DNA from: Albugo candida
Lineage: Eukaryota
Reading direction: 5' to 3'
Assembly: GCA_040437565.1 (NCBI GenBank)
Contig: JBDOQK010000016.1
Coordinates: forward strand, 544,699-564,698
DNA length: 20,000 nt
Position 1 is the stretch's first letter. Each line of letters starts with the position of its first letter. The notes under the pieces were generated by a model. That model did no database searches and had not been told where the DNA came from. It saw nothing but the letters and a program-made list of their open reading frames with translations. This document shows, piece after piece, positions 9,669-20,000 of the stretch. Both the position numbers and the translations under genes were made by a program.

Positions 9669-11880
9669 GCTTGTAGTGATTTAAATGTAACAAACTTGAG
9701 ACCACAGGGTCGATGAAAGGAATAGCAGGGAATCGAGCAAATGCATCGGCTAACAAGGACATTCACTACGACAATCAAATATTTTTATGATGACATCGTA
9801 CCTGTTTCGGGGTCATACTTTTCCACATTGAATAACGGGCAACGAGGGCAATTGGTATTCCAACAACCTTCAGCGACGCTCTGACGGAATACAACAGATC
9901 AATTTCGAACGAAATAATATCACAAATGTACATACTTCGATCTCATAGCCGCAAATCTCGCATTGTGGGACTACATTCAAATCTGTGATTGTTGTGTCGA
10001 TTGCATCGTTCTCTCCATTTAACGCCGAGTATAGATTGAGTTGAGCTTGCCACTCGACCAAATTTGGTCGTTTTTTGAATCGTTCGCATCTCCGTAATAC
10101 GAATCGTTTAACAAGCTCTTGGAATGCTAAATAACGTCCGGGTGTAGTGCCCATTAACGTCATTCCACGAGGTACAATAAGTCGTTCTTTTGTTTTTCCA
10201 TTTTGACGGCTGCGTGGAAGAGATCGGGCAGAATTACTTTCTTTTGAAGGCTCTTCATCGACAAGTCGAAGATCTCTTTTTTTGAATGTCTTGAGTATGC
10301 GAGAACTTCCAATTTCGACTGTGCATGTTTCTCGATCTCCTTTTCTGACATACCCAAAGCTTTTGCGATTTGGTAATAGAACTTTTCGGCCAATCCAAGA
10401 GATTCCATAACTTCCTCTCGTGGTAGAACGTGGCGTTCGTTTATTGCTTAGATTGTCATCATCTTGCGAATCTTCTACTAAACCACTGTCCTCCACTTCA
10501 GTGCGATTCTCATCTTCATCGTCATCTCCTAATCTACTTCTCTCCTCGTCATCGTCGTCTTGAGATCGATCAAGCTCATTTTCTGCTCTACTTTTGGCGT
10601 GTAATTCCTCGATGACATTGATATTCTCCAGCAGGGTCAATTCATATGCGCGCTTTGCAGTGTTCTCATTGGAATTTTCAAGCCGTAATTGAACCCAACC
10701 ATTCCCAGAGCGCAACACTCGACCTCGAGAGCCTTTAAATTTTCCAACATTTATCCGACATTTTCGATCGACCCACATTTCCGGATCCAGTGACGATAAC
10801 AGACACGACTCATCTACGTCAGAGTCCTTTTCCGAAGAGTGAGCACTACAACCAGAAAGGCCTACTCAAATCACATACCTTGTCACTGGATTCGCCGTTA
10901 TCGTCATGTGTACTTTCATATCCTGCTTTTATCGAGTCTTGTTGGTGACCACACGGTCGCAAATGCCGCTTTTTAATCGCAATGATTGGATTCTTTGATT
11001 CAAGAACACGGATTTTACAGGTTCCCGATAGCCTCTGCGGTCGTCCAATATCAAAAATAAGTCAATTACGCAAAGAAGATTCGTCACCAACCTCTAAAAC
11101 GATCCCATACTTTCCATTATATTTCTTCAAATCACGTTCTCGTCGTGACAGGTTTCGAAGCTGGATTCTTACGCGAGCATCGACATCGAGCTTCTCATCT
11201 TCATCCTCAACTTCAGCATCATTTTCTGTCTCTTGCCTGCGTGCTGAGAGATCTCCATTTTCTGCTCTTTCGTCTTCCTGGCTGAGTTCATTCGATGAAA
11301 ATTCTTTGCTCTGACTGGAAAACATTTGAAACTCTGTCTGATTGTTCACCTCTATAGAATCACGTCAATACAAAGATCCCAATAGAGCGCTCCTACCTTT
11401 GTGATTCTCATACTCGGAACTCTCGTATCCGGAGAGCACTTTCAGAGCTGAAGGACGATATTTATATACATCTCCATCGTTTATCCGTACTTTGAACCAC
11501 GTATTTGGATGCTGTGGTACTTCCTCAATTGTCCCAATTTTATGAATTGTATGAGGAACACGTTGTTCGACGTCTGAGGTTTTTATTATACGCACTAAAG
11601 TGCCTCTTTCGAGCGCATTTTGAGGCTCAGGATCTGTGCTATACATTGTAGCGGTTCGATACCGCGATTTGGTTCCATCTTCGTCTTTGCGAGCATCAAA
11701 TCGTTCATCTTCGATTTCCATATTTTCTTCCTCTTCTTCATTTTCAGTATCCCTTTCTGTGACACCTTTTTTCTTTTTCAATTTTGAGTCACTTTTGAGC
11801 GTGTTTGAAGGTTTTCGCATCGAAGAACGTGTGTTTTGTGAGCCTTTACGACGCGGACGCGTTTCAGCAGCCGACAGCAT
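9649..11880 (-). CDS. Uncharacterised protein of about 656 aa with four KOW/SH3-like small beta-barrels, acidic linkers and a C-terminal Cys cluster. Exons 11880-11397, 11351-11092, 11034-10879, 10826-9936, 9880-9802, 9749-9649
   Basis: Five GT-AG introns (45, 57, 52, 55, 52 bp) join the ORF-track fragments in frame. KOW-like CRINVGKFKGSRGRVLRSGNGWVQLRL; CEICG...CWNTNCPRCP. The last exon is less certain (unspliced alternative stop near 9785). Confidence 0.75.
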
Positions 11881-11997
11881 CGCGACTGTCGGAAATGGTT
11901 AAGATATGGACGTCACGAATGTCGCTATAATGCTGTCGGTAATGTCGAAAACACCAAGCTTAGAAGCGTCAACTCGGATTAAGTATCCGACATTTAA

Positions 11998-13012
<1,015 letters not shown>

Positions 13013-13101
13013 TTCTGTAGTGATTGTATCAAACTTAACAAATATGAAAACTGATATCTAACACGATATCATTAAACGCCGCCGTTCAGTTTTTTACTGT
13101 G

Positions 13102-15438
13102 ATGGATGTGATCCTTGCGATTCGCAATTATCTCGAGAAGATAATCAATGACACGCACTTGGCTGGGATGAAGGCTCTATTGCTAGACACAGAAACGACT
13201 ACGATTGTCAGTATGGTTATGTCTCAATCGCATATCCTCCAACACGAAGTTTTTCTGGTCGAATTACTACAGGCGACTCAATTACACGATGAAATGCTGC
13301 ATCTGAAAGCCGCAGTTTTACTTCGACCAACTTTTGAAAACGTCGAACTACTGAAAAAGGAATTAAAGAATCCAAAATTCTCTCAATATCACATTTTCTT
13401 TACGAATAATTTGCCTATAGAATTCCTCGAACAAATAGCGGAAGCAGATGAAAAAGAGGCTGTCATTGAGATACAAGAACATTATGCGGATTACTTGGCA
13501 GTGAGCGATACATTATTCCATTTGAATATTAAGGAATCGCTTGCATCGAGTATGAAATATGCGAGCCCTACAACTGCTGGAATCGTGAATTCCAGTGGAG
13601 GCGCACGATCCAATGCTGTTTTTGATAGAAATGTACAGGGTTTATTAGCTGTGTTGTTGTCACTGAAGAAAAGACCAACCATTCGATACCAAAAAGGGTC
13701 CGATAGCGCTGAGAAATTGGCACGAGAAGTTTCTGCTAAAATCCAGCTTGAGCAAAGCGGATTATTCGACTTTAGACGACCTGAAGTTCAGCCGCTATTG
13801 TATGTGCTGGATCGTCGGGATGATCCAATCACTCCTTTATTATCACAATGGTCGTATCAGGCAATGGTACACGAACTTCTGACTTTATCGGAAAACCGCG
13901 TCGATTTGAAGAATGTTCCCGGCATACGAAAAGACATGAAAGAAGTGGTTTTGTCAGCAACTTGTGATCCATTTTTTGAGAAACAAATGTACTCAAATTT
14001 TGGCGACTTGGGAATGGCTGTCAAAAAATTAGTGGACGAGTATCAAGCAAAGACACAGACTCATGAAAACATTCAGTCTATTGAAGATATGCAGAGATTT
14101 GTTGAGAATTATCCTGCCTTCCGATCTCAATCAGTTGCTGTATCAAAACACGTCACTTTGATGGGGGAATTGGCTCGACTCGTGGGAACAGATAATCTGA
14201 TGGATGTAAGTCAACTGGAGCAAGAATTAGCATGTTCGGATGATCATAATAATCATTTCCGAGAAGTAGTGGCCAAATTGAAACATTCACATATCAAACC
14301 ACAAAACAAATTGCGACTTGCCATCCTCTATGCATTACGTTATGAAACAAACAGCTCCGTGCAAATCAAAGTTGTAAAAGATCTACTTGCTTCTTCGGGT
14401 CTATCTCCTCGGAGCATAAAACTCATCGATTCGTTTTTGAAATATGGTGGAGCAAACGTCCGGTCTGGTGATCTATTCGGTGATCGGGGTCTCAAGAAAT
14501 TCATGCGCGCAATGACACAAGGTCTACAGGGAGTACCAAATGTCTACGCACAGCATGTGCCTCCTTTGATACGTTGTTTGGAATCGATAGTCAAAGGCCA
14601 ACTTCTCGATAATGAGTTTGGGATTGTGAATGGAAATGTGGTCCCTGGCATAAAAAAAGTTCGAGATGTNNNNNNNNNNNNNNNNNNNNNNNNNNNNNNN
14701 NNNNNNNNNNNNNNNNNNNNNNNNNNNNNNNNNNNNNNNNNNNNNNNNNNNNNNNNNNNNNNNNNNNNNCAAGAATTAGCATGTTCGGATGATCATAATA
14801 ATCATTTCCGAGAAGTAGTGGCCAAATTGAAACATTCACATATCAAACCACAAAACAAATTGCGACTTGCCATCCTCTATGCATTACGTTATGAAACAAA
14901 CAGCTCCGTGCAAATCAAAGTTGTAAAAGATCTACTTGCTTCTTCGGGTCTATCTCCTCGGAGCATAAAACTCATCGATTCGTTTTTGAAATATGGTGGA
15001 GCAAACGTCCGGTCTGGTGATCTATTCGGTGATCGGGGTCTCAAGAAATTCATGCGCGCAATGACACAAGGTCTACAGGGAGTACCAAATGTCTACGCAC
15101 AGCATGTGCCTCCTTTGATACGTTGTTTGGAATCGATAGTCAAAGGCCAACTTCTCGATAATGAGTTTGGGATTGTGAATGGAAATGTGGTCCCTGGCAT
15201 AAAAAAAGTTCGAGATGTGATTGTTTACATCTGTGGGGGTGTCACATTCGAAGAAGCCCATAAGGTGGCTGAATTGAATCAGAAAATTCAAAGTTCGGGT
15301 CAACGGATTATATTAGGAGGTCCGATCATACACAATTCCTCAAGCTTTATGCATGAAGTTGCTTTAGCATACGGCCATGCTGAAGATGAACTCGGCAAAA
15401 CGTCTTCGTTCACGACAGTGAATATTGAATCTCTCTAA
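13102..15438 (+). CDS. VPS45: Sec1/Munc18-family protein Vps45 (about 595 aa once the artefactual duplication is collapsed)
   Basis: MKALLLDTETTTIVSMVMSQSHILQHEVFL, LDRRDDPITPLLSQWSYQAMVHELL, VSKHVTL, VSQLEQELAC, NVYAQHVP, GGVTFEEA. Intronless. Confidence 0.95.
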   Translation: MDVILAIRNYLEKIINDTHLAGMKALLLDTETTTIVSMVMSQSHILQHEVFLVELLQATQLHDEMLHLKAAVLLRPTFENVELLKKELKNPKFSQYHIFFTNNLPIEFLEQIAEADEKEAVIEIQEHYADYLAVSDTLFHLNIKESLASSMKYASPTTAGIVNSSGGARSNAVFDRNVQGLLAVLLSLKKRPTIRYQKGSDSAEKLAREVSAKIQLEQSGLFDFRRPEVQPLLYVLDRRDDPITPLLSQWSYQAMVHELLTLSENRVDLKNVPGIRKDMKEVVLSATCDPFFEKQMYSNFGDLGMAVKKLVDEYQAKTQTHENIQSIEDMQRFVENYPAFRSQSVAVSKHVTLMGELARLVGTDNLMDVSQLEQELACSDDHNNHFREVVAKLKHSHIKPQNKLRLAILYALRYETNSSVQIKVVKDLLASSGLSPRSIKLIDSFLKYGGANVRSGDLFGDRGLKKFMRAMTQGLQGVPNVYAQHVPPLIRCLESIVKGQLLDNEFGIVNGNVVPGIKKVRDXXXXXXXXXXXXXXXXXXXXXXXXXXXXXXXXXXQELACSDDHNNHFREVVAKLKHSHIKPQNKLRLAILYALRYETNSSVQIKVVKDLLASSGLSPRSIKLIDSFLKYGGANVRSGDLFGDRGLKKFMRAMTQGLQGVPNVYAQHVPPLIRCLESIVKGQLLDNEFGIVNGNVVPGIKKVRDVIVYICGGVTFEEAHKVAELNQKIQSSGQRIILGGPIIHNSSSFMHEVALAYGHAEDELGKTSSFTTVNIESL
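14221..15218. repeat. 449-bp direct duplication (14221-14669 = 14770-15218) around a 100-N gap; probable assembly artefact
   Basis: Offset 549; the copies abut the N run at 14670-14769 and give identical translations. Confidence 0.92.
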
Positions 15439-15462
15439 CGTTACCATGTGCTGGGTTGCCTT

Positions 15463-16068
15463 TTACGATAGGATTCTCTCATATGTATCTTCTCCATTAA
15501 CTAGCGAATTTCCATACATCTCCACATAGGAAACTCTTGGAATAAAAGCTCCGTGTGTGTCGGTTGCGCATACAAATACTTTTCTCAAACGTGAGCTTAT
15601 TCCATTGATTTCTATCTGTACGATTGGTTCATTAGTAGTCGCATCAAAGCATAATTGTGCCTTTCGACTGGATAACGCATTCAGTGAGAGCTCATATTGT
15701 GGCTCTAAAACATCTTGGCTACCTGAGGATCCATTGATAGCCTTCTTCACAGCTTTGTGTGAGTATCCCCAAGCCAGTCGTCTCTCTATGATTCCTGTGC
15801 CATTTGTGGACGGATTCTCTGTCCATCCAAACGAATACCATTGAATGTCTACCGGTGATTTCTTATCGTATATCTGCTTCTCACGATCCTGAAATCGTGC
15901 ACTATAAATGATCAATTGCGCGTTCTTACTCCGTTCGATTATAAACAAACGATCCGCTGAAATTGGCAAATACCGAGGCCAGAATTTTGACTGCGAATGC
16001 TCCGAATTGGTAGTGGGCTGGTAATTGTGATCGGGAAATTCGTCTGTAAAATACTTTTCAGCTGCCAT
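15463..16068 (-). CDS. DUF4833-like protein
   Basis: Intronless 201-aa ORF with LFIIERSKNAQLIIY, IERRLAWGY and PRVSYVEMYGNSLVNGEDTYERI, matching my recollection of DUF4833 motifs. Confidence 0.75.
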   Translation of the reverse strand: MAAEKYFTDEFPDHNYQPTTNSEHSQSKFWPRYLPISADRLFIIERSKNAQLIIYSARFQDREKQIYDKKSPVDIQWYSFGWTENPSTNGTGIIERRLAWGYSHKAVKKAINGSSGSQDVLEPQYELSLNALSSRKAQLCFDATTNEPIVQIEINGISSRLRKVFVCATDTHGAFIPRVSYVEMYGNSLVNGEDTYERILS

Positions 16069-17132
16069 ACGTGCTTGTGCTTTTATTTTTATGTGATCGC
16101 CAGAGGAGAAAAAGCAGATGTTGGTTCTATACTGAAGACCATGGGCTTCTAATTGTGACAGTACAAGCTAACATTAGCATTTACACGTATTTATAACACA
16201 ACGATGCGCCTTCGTGCACCTTCCTCTTTATCTACCAGACCTCTTGCATTCGATAATGATGAGAATTCCAGTATCCATTAGTGGAACTGAAAATGATAAA
16301 TCGGATTCCCGAGAGCAAAGTCTCCGAATCAGTGCATTACAGCAGTTGGTGCAAACATGTACACTATACACCAAACATATACGGAAGGGCGCTACAGTGA
16401 GATTAGTTACACTTAAACTTGGATGGAGTTGATCTATTGCCGGCTTTTGCTTCCATCAAATTCGATTCTTTCTCAAATTTATAAAAATAGGAAAAGTGTG
16501 AGATAGTGATCATGTTGCTTCCACCGCTTCCACACATTGTCGAAATCATTGTTGCTGCAATGCGGCCGTATTGAAAACCAAAGCAGGTACCAGAGAAGGA
16601 AGATAATATATTGTTCAATCACCAAAGTCTACTTTGAAAGTGTTGTTGGAAATGGCACAATCTGGCCTTTTACAGAGTGAGCAAACTGTAGACGCGAGAA
16701 ATGACTTTAGCTTGACTAGTGATTTTGAAACTGGTGACGATGTTGTTGACTCCCATGTCTTATGACGCATTGATGGACGCGTGGATCACTACGGATATGG
16801 AATAGTTTCGTATCAGAATGCATCAAGGATGATGATAGTATCAAGACTCGAGCACCGATTCGATAAGTACGGACGATAGCCAAATGACTCGACGGGATGA
16901 CAACTTTTGAGTAATAGAGCTTTTTGGATCATCTGGATTCAATTCATAACGTCCTTGGCGACACAAACTTGGATAAAGCTTTGAGCGATACATTGGGCAG
17001 GTAGCTCAAGCTACAAGCTCTGATTTTGAGGATTCCATCCATGTCAAAAGGGAGAAAGCAGTAAAGCAACATCATAAGTTGGTCGAGCACGTCTCTGTAC
17101 AAGCTACAGGATCTCTACCGCGAAAAAGTTCG

Positions 17133-17462
17133 GAAGTAGAGATTATGAATCTGCATTATTGATTTCTGACAGACTATATCACCGTCTTATTCAAGCTGCC
17201 ACTATTTTTGAATAGCTCTTCCGTAGCATTAGTTGCACTCATCAATGNNNNNNNNNNNNNNNNNNNNNNNNNNNNNNNNNNNNNNNNNNNNNNNNNNNNN
17301 NNNNNNNNNNNNNNNNNNNNNNNNNNNNNNNNNNNNNNNNNNNNNNNGAAGTAGAGATTATGAATCTGCATTATTGATTTCTGACAGACTATATCACCGT
17401 CTTATTCAAGCTGCCACTATTTTTGAATAGCTCTTCCGTAGCATTAGTTGCACTCATCAATG
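17133..17462. repeat. 115-bp direct duplication (17133-17247 = 17348-17462) around a 100-N gap; probable assembly artefact
   Basis: Offset 215; N run at 17248-17347. Confidence 0.9.
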
Positions 17463-18255
17463 TGTACATCTCATCGATTTCAACTAATCTGCCGATTCAT
17501 CTTCCAGTCGCTAGGAAATCGCCGCCTTTTACAGAACGACGATATCTTTGATCAGCATCGAGAATTATGCAAAAAGACTTGCAAGGTAAGGTCGTTTGTG
17601 TCGGTATCCTTTCCTTCTTTACCCATACTAAGCACTAACTACAATTTTTTTAATATGCAGCGAGAATAAAAAACCACGACGGCTAACATGCCTTTCAGAA
17701 ATGAACCAACTCAAAACGCAACAGCGTCGACTCTGAAGTGTGTCGGCGGCGTACAGGCGATGAGAGCCTCAACAGAAACTTCAGCACGACAAAATCAACA
17801 GCGTTCGATCCACTCACGTGCCATCCAGCAGCGGGTCCTTCCAACGACGACTCGATATACGAGGACAAGAAACCTGACTCACGCCGCTGGTGACAACGCA
17901 ACACGAACGACACCAACCGAGGCAACAGCCTCGAATGTGCGAGCGTCACCGGCGATGACTCGTTCGAATCGCTCAACTGCGCGCGCAGCGTCAGTAGCGG
18001 CTTCGGAAGCGCCAGCAAGAGTGCCTTTAGCATCGACAGCGAATCATAATTCCGTCGCGTGCAGCACCAGCAAACTCACCGCGCCTCAGTGACTCCGACC
18101 AGATGAAAAAAGAAAATGAGCAGCTTTTGCGCTCGTTGAATAAAAAAGCAGCCTAGCAGGAAGATGCAATCACCGAGATCAGCGGACTCAACTCGAAAGT
18201 AGTGGGTCTTGAAACCCGGTTGGAGAACAACTGTGATAGCGCGGCGGAAAGTTGA
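17448..18255 (+). pseudogene. Decayed spliced gene fragment: Ala/Ser/Thr/Arg-rich region followed by a coiled coil
   Basis: A well-formed intron at 17586-17660 (GTAAGG...CACTAAC...TGCAG) joins ORF 17448 in phase 0 to the frame of ORF 17688 through one TAA (17667). After a frame change it reads DQMKKENEQLLRSLNKKAA*QEDAITEISGLNSKVVGLETRLE, with an in-frame TAG at 18154. Confidence 0.4.
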
Positions 18256-18740
18256 ATTAAATACTAAATTACTATATCAATATTATTGATATAAAAATTT
18301 ATCTGGTTCCAAAATAAACTTTTTTTGCTTTTCCAACATGCGTACGACCGAAGCGCCACTGGAGTGAGCGAACTCGAAACTGTGGCAATGATGATGCGAG
18401 TTTAGGTGGTGGCACCTTAAACGATTGGATTATCTGAGGATATCCTCGGCATTGTCAGAAATCAATACTATTGGACAAAAACGTGAAGGGCTAAGGTCAA
18501 CCGATCAGACGAACTTAGGACCTAAGTTAATATTACACACGAAACTCAGCTACAAAAAAAACTCTCATTTGGGAATTACTCCACACTCAGGATCAACAGC
18601 AATCAGGCTACAAGGTGCAAACGACGAAAGACTTCAGCGCGGTCTACTGTTGTAAGCTTAATTCTGGAAGCTTTCACTGTAGATTCGGACTGAAGTATGC
18701 CGTCCTTTGCGTCTTGTAGCTGGGATGCTGATTCCAAAGT

Positions 18741-19196
18741 ATGCAGCAATTCCCAATTGAGAGTTTCGAAACAGGCTGAGGAGCGTTACCTACGGTGGAG
18801 TGTCCATCGGCGACACCCGAAACGGACAACAGGAAGATTATTCAACTGGAGAAAGACAATCAAGACTTAACACAAAATTTGGAAAGCATGACGACTCAAC
18901 TCCACGAAGCACAAGATCAGGTACGCAATCTCGAAGCGCAGCTGCAAGTGTAACGAATGCGGCCGGAGAACAGATATGGCAACACGGCGCATTTCATGAC
19001 TTTGGGAACCGACGAGGTCGTAGTGGATGAAGGTGAGAAAGTCAACAAAGATATATTGCAAGCGTTGGGAAGGAAATTGAAGCATTTTTACGAAGCACAA
19101 GACCACGTCAGCGATCCTAAAGCAAGTGGAGACTCGCACAACGATTACAGAGAAGCCTTCGCAAAAGACCAGGTGAAAGCTATATGGTTGCTGTGA
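18741..19196 (+). pseudogene. Decayed coiled-coil ORF
   Basis: One frame from ATG 18741 reads MQQFPIESFETG*GALP...KIIQLEKDNQDLTQNLESMTTQLHEAQDQVRNLEAQLQV*RMRPENRY..., with stops TGA 18777 and TAA 18951 and a clear heptad pattern. Confidence 0.45.
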
Positions 19197-19289
19197 GAAG
19201 AATGCAGAATCGTGAAGAGAATTCTGTCCAATCAAGAGTGGAAGCTGATTCGCACGAAGCATCTTCATCTAGTGGCCACATTACGCCAT

Positions 19290-19685
19290 TGTAGATGATG
19301 CAGGCAACGCGTGCAATTGGAACCAGATCATTGTCATGGATGACCTCATTGACGTCATCTGGCTGTAAAAGTCCTGGAAGATTCCTGATGACCTCATTAC
19401 GTCGTTGCATGTTGATGTGCTGGAAGGATTTCCGATGACCTCATTACGTCATCATAGATTTAGCTCTTCAACAGCACGTCATTGATTTTGAGTAGTCAAA
19501 TGTAATTGATATAGGTCGTTCTGTTGTATTTGTAGTTGCTTTCGTTTCCTTTGCACAAACCTAGCTTATAACATTGCTTTATCACATTCTCGGTTTTGCA
19601 AGAAAGGTTTATTGCGTTATTAGTCACCATGAGTATTCTGCACTACTTTCGATCAAGCTAACTTCTATATCGAGGACCATCTACA
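19290..19685 (-). mobile_element. Long terminal repeat (396 bp) of an LTR retrotransposon, probably the 3' LTR of a minus-strand element extending past 20000
   Basis: Perfect 8-bp inverted termini TGTAGATG (19290) and CATCTACA (19685), i.e. TG...CA. On the minus strand a purine-rich tract AAGGCGAAGGGGT directly precedes it. Internal short tandem repeats. No second LTR or pol ORF is visible in the window. Confidence 0.65.
19339..19454 (+). repeat. Degenerate 47-48-bp tandem repeat with core GATGACCTCATT(G)ACGTC in three copies
   Basis: Cores start at 19339, 19387 and 19434; CTGGAAG(G)ATT is shared by units 1 and 2. Confidence 0.75.
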
Positions 19686-19865
19686 ACCCCTTCGCCTTGT
19701 AATCCCTCTCAACACTCGGCTTAATTTCTTTGCGATCTGTACTTGGCACAAAGTCACACTGTTCCACCAACTTCTAACGCTTCCGACCCTTCGAGTCTCG
19801 AACATGATTTCCCTGGTAATCAGGGCGTGTTCAAAACCCACCCTATCAGTGAACAAGGTTACGTT

Positions 19866-20000
19866 AGTCAGATAGATAAAGAGTGTAATGAAATCTTCGA
19901 CAAACCATAAGTAGTCTGCAGGCCAAGTCTAACATATGTTCACGGTTGTCTAAGTCAGATAACTAGATAGATAAACGAGTGTAATGACACCTTTGACAAA
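19866..20000 (+). repeat. Degenerate direct repeat of about 90-95 bp in the putative retroelement 3' internal region
   Basis: AGATAGATAAA(C)GAGTGTAATGA...GACAAA occurs near 19870 and again near 19965, each preceded by TAGTCAGATA or AAGTCAGATA. Confidence 0.6.

Noticed and set aside
14221-15218. Internal domain repeat making a 779-aa Vps45
   Set aside because: Duplicate around a 100-N gap; collapsing it gives a normal-length protein of about 595 aa.
16204-17130. Intact multi-exon gene
   Set aside because: Short protein-like stretches exist (for example FLDHLDSIHNVLGDTNLDKALSD), but I could not build a consistent spliced frame or recognise a family.
18154-18953. Stop-codon reassignment or readthrough explaining the in-frame stops
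   Set aside because: Conserved genes in the window end normally at TAA, TAG and TGA and have no internal stops; decay is simpler.
19339-19454. CRISPR-like repeat-spacer pattern
   Set aside because: Only three degenerate 17-18 bp cores, the spacers resemble each other, the context is a eukaryotic LTR and no cas genes are present.

Overview
Eukaryotic, very gene-dense DNA with short (about 28-75 bp) GT-AG introns. It is most consistent with an oomycete, probably Albugo-like (inferred from compactness, intron size, a flagellar gene and gene content; not proven). From 1 to 16.1 kb the genes are: SCT1/GPT2-type glycerol-3-phosphate acyltransferase, PP1 phosphatase, two paralogous secreted Cys-rich proteins flanking CCDC113, a calcineurin-B-like EF-hand protein, a multi-KOW/SH3-like plus Cys-cluster protein, Rab6, Vps45 and a DUF4833-like protein. 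From 16.2 to 20 kb the sequence is decayed: pseudogene-like fragments and an LTR with a polypurine tract. Three 100-N gaps are each flanked by apparently exact direct duplications, which are most likely assembly artefacts. The best lead is the secreted pair. Each has His at the predicted mature position 1, His87 and Tyr181, a copper histidine-brace (LPMO-like) layout, in a sequence I cannot assign to the known oomycete AA17 family.
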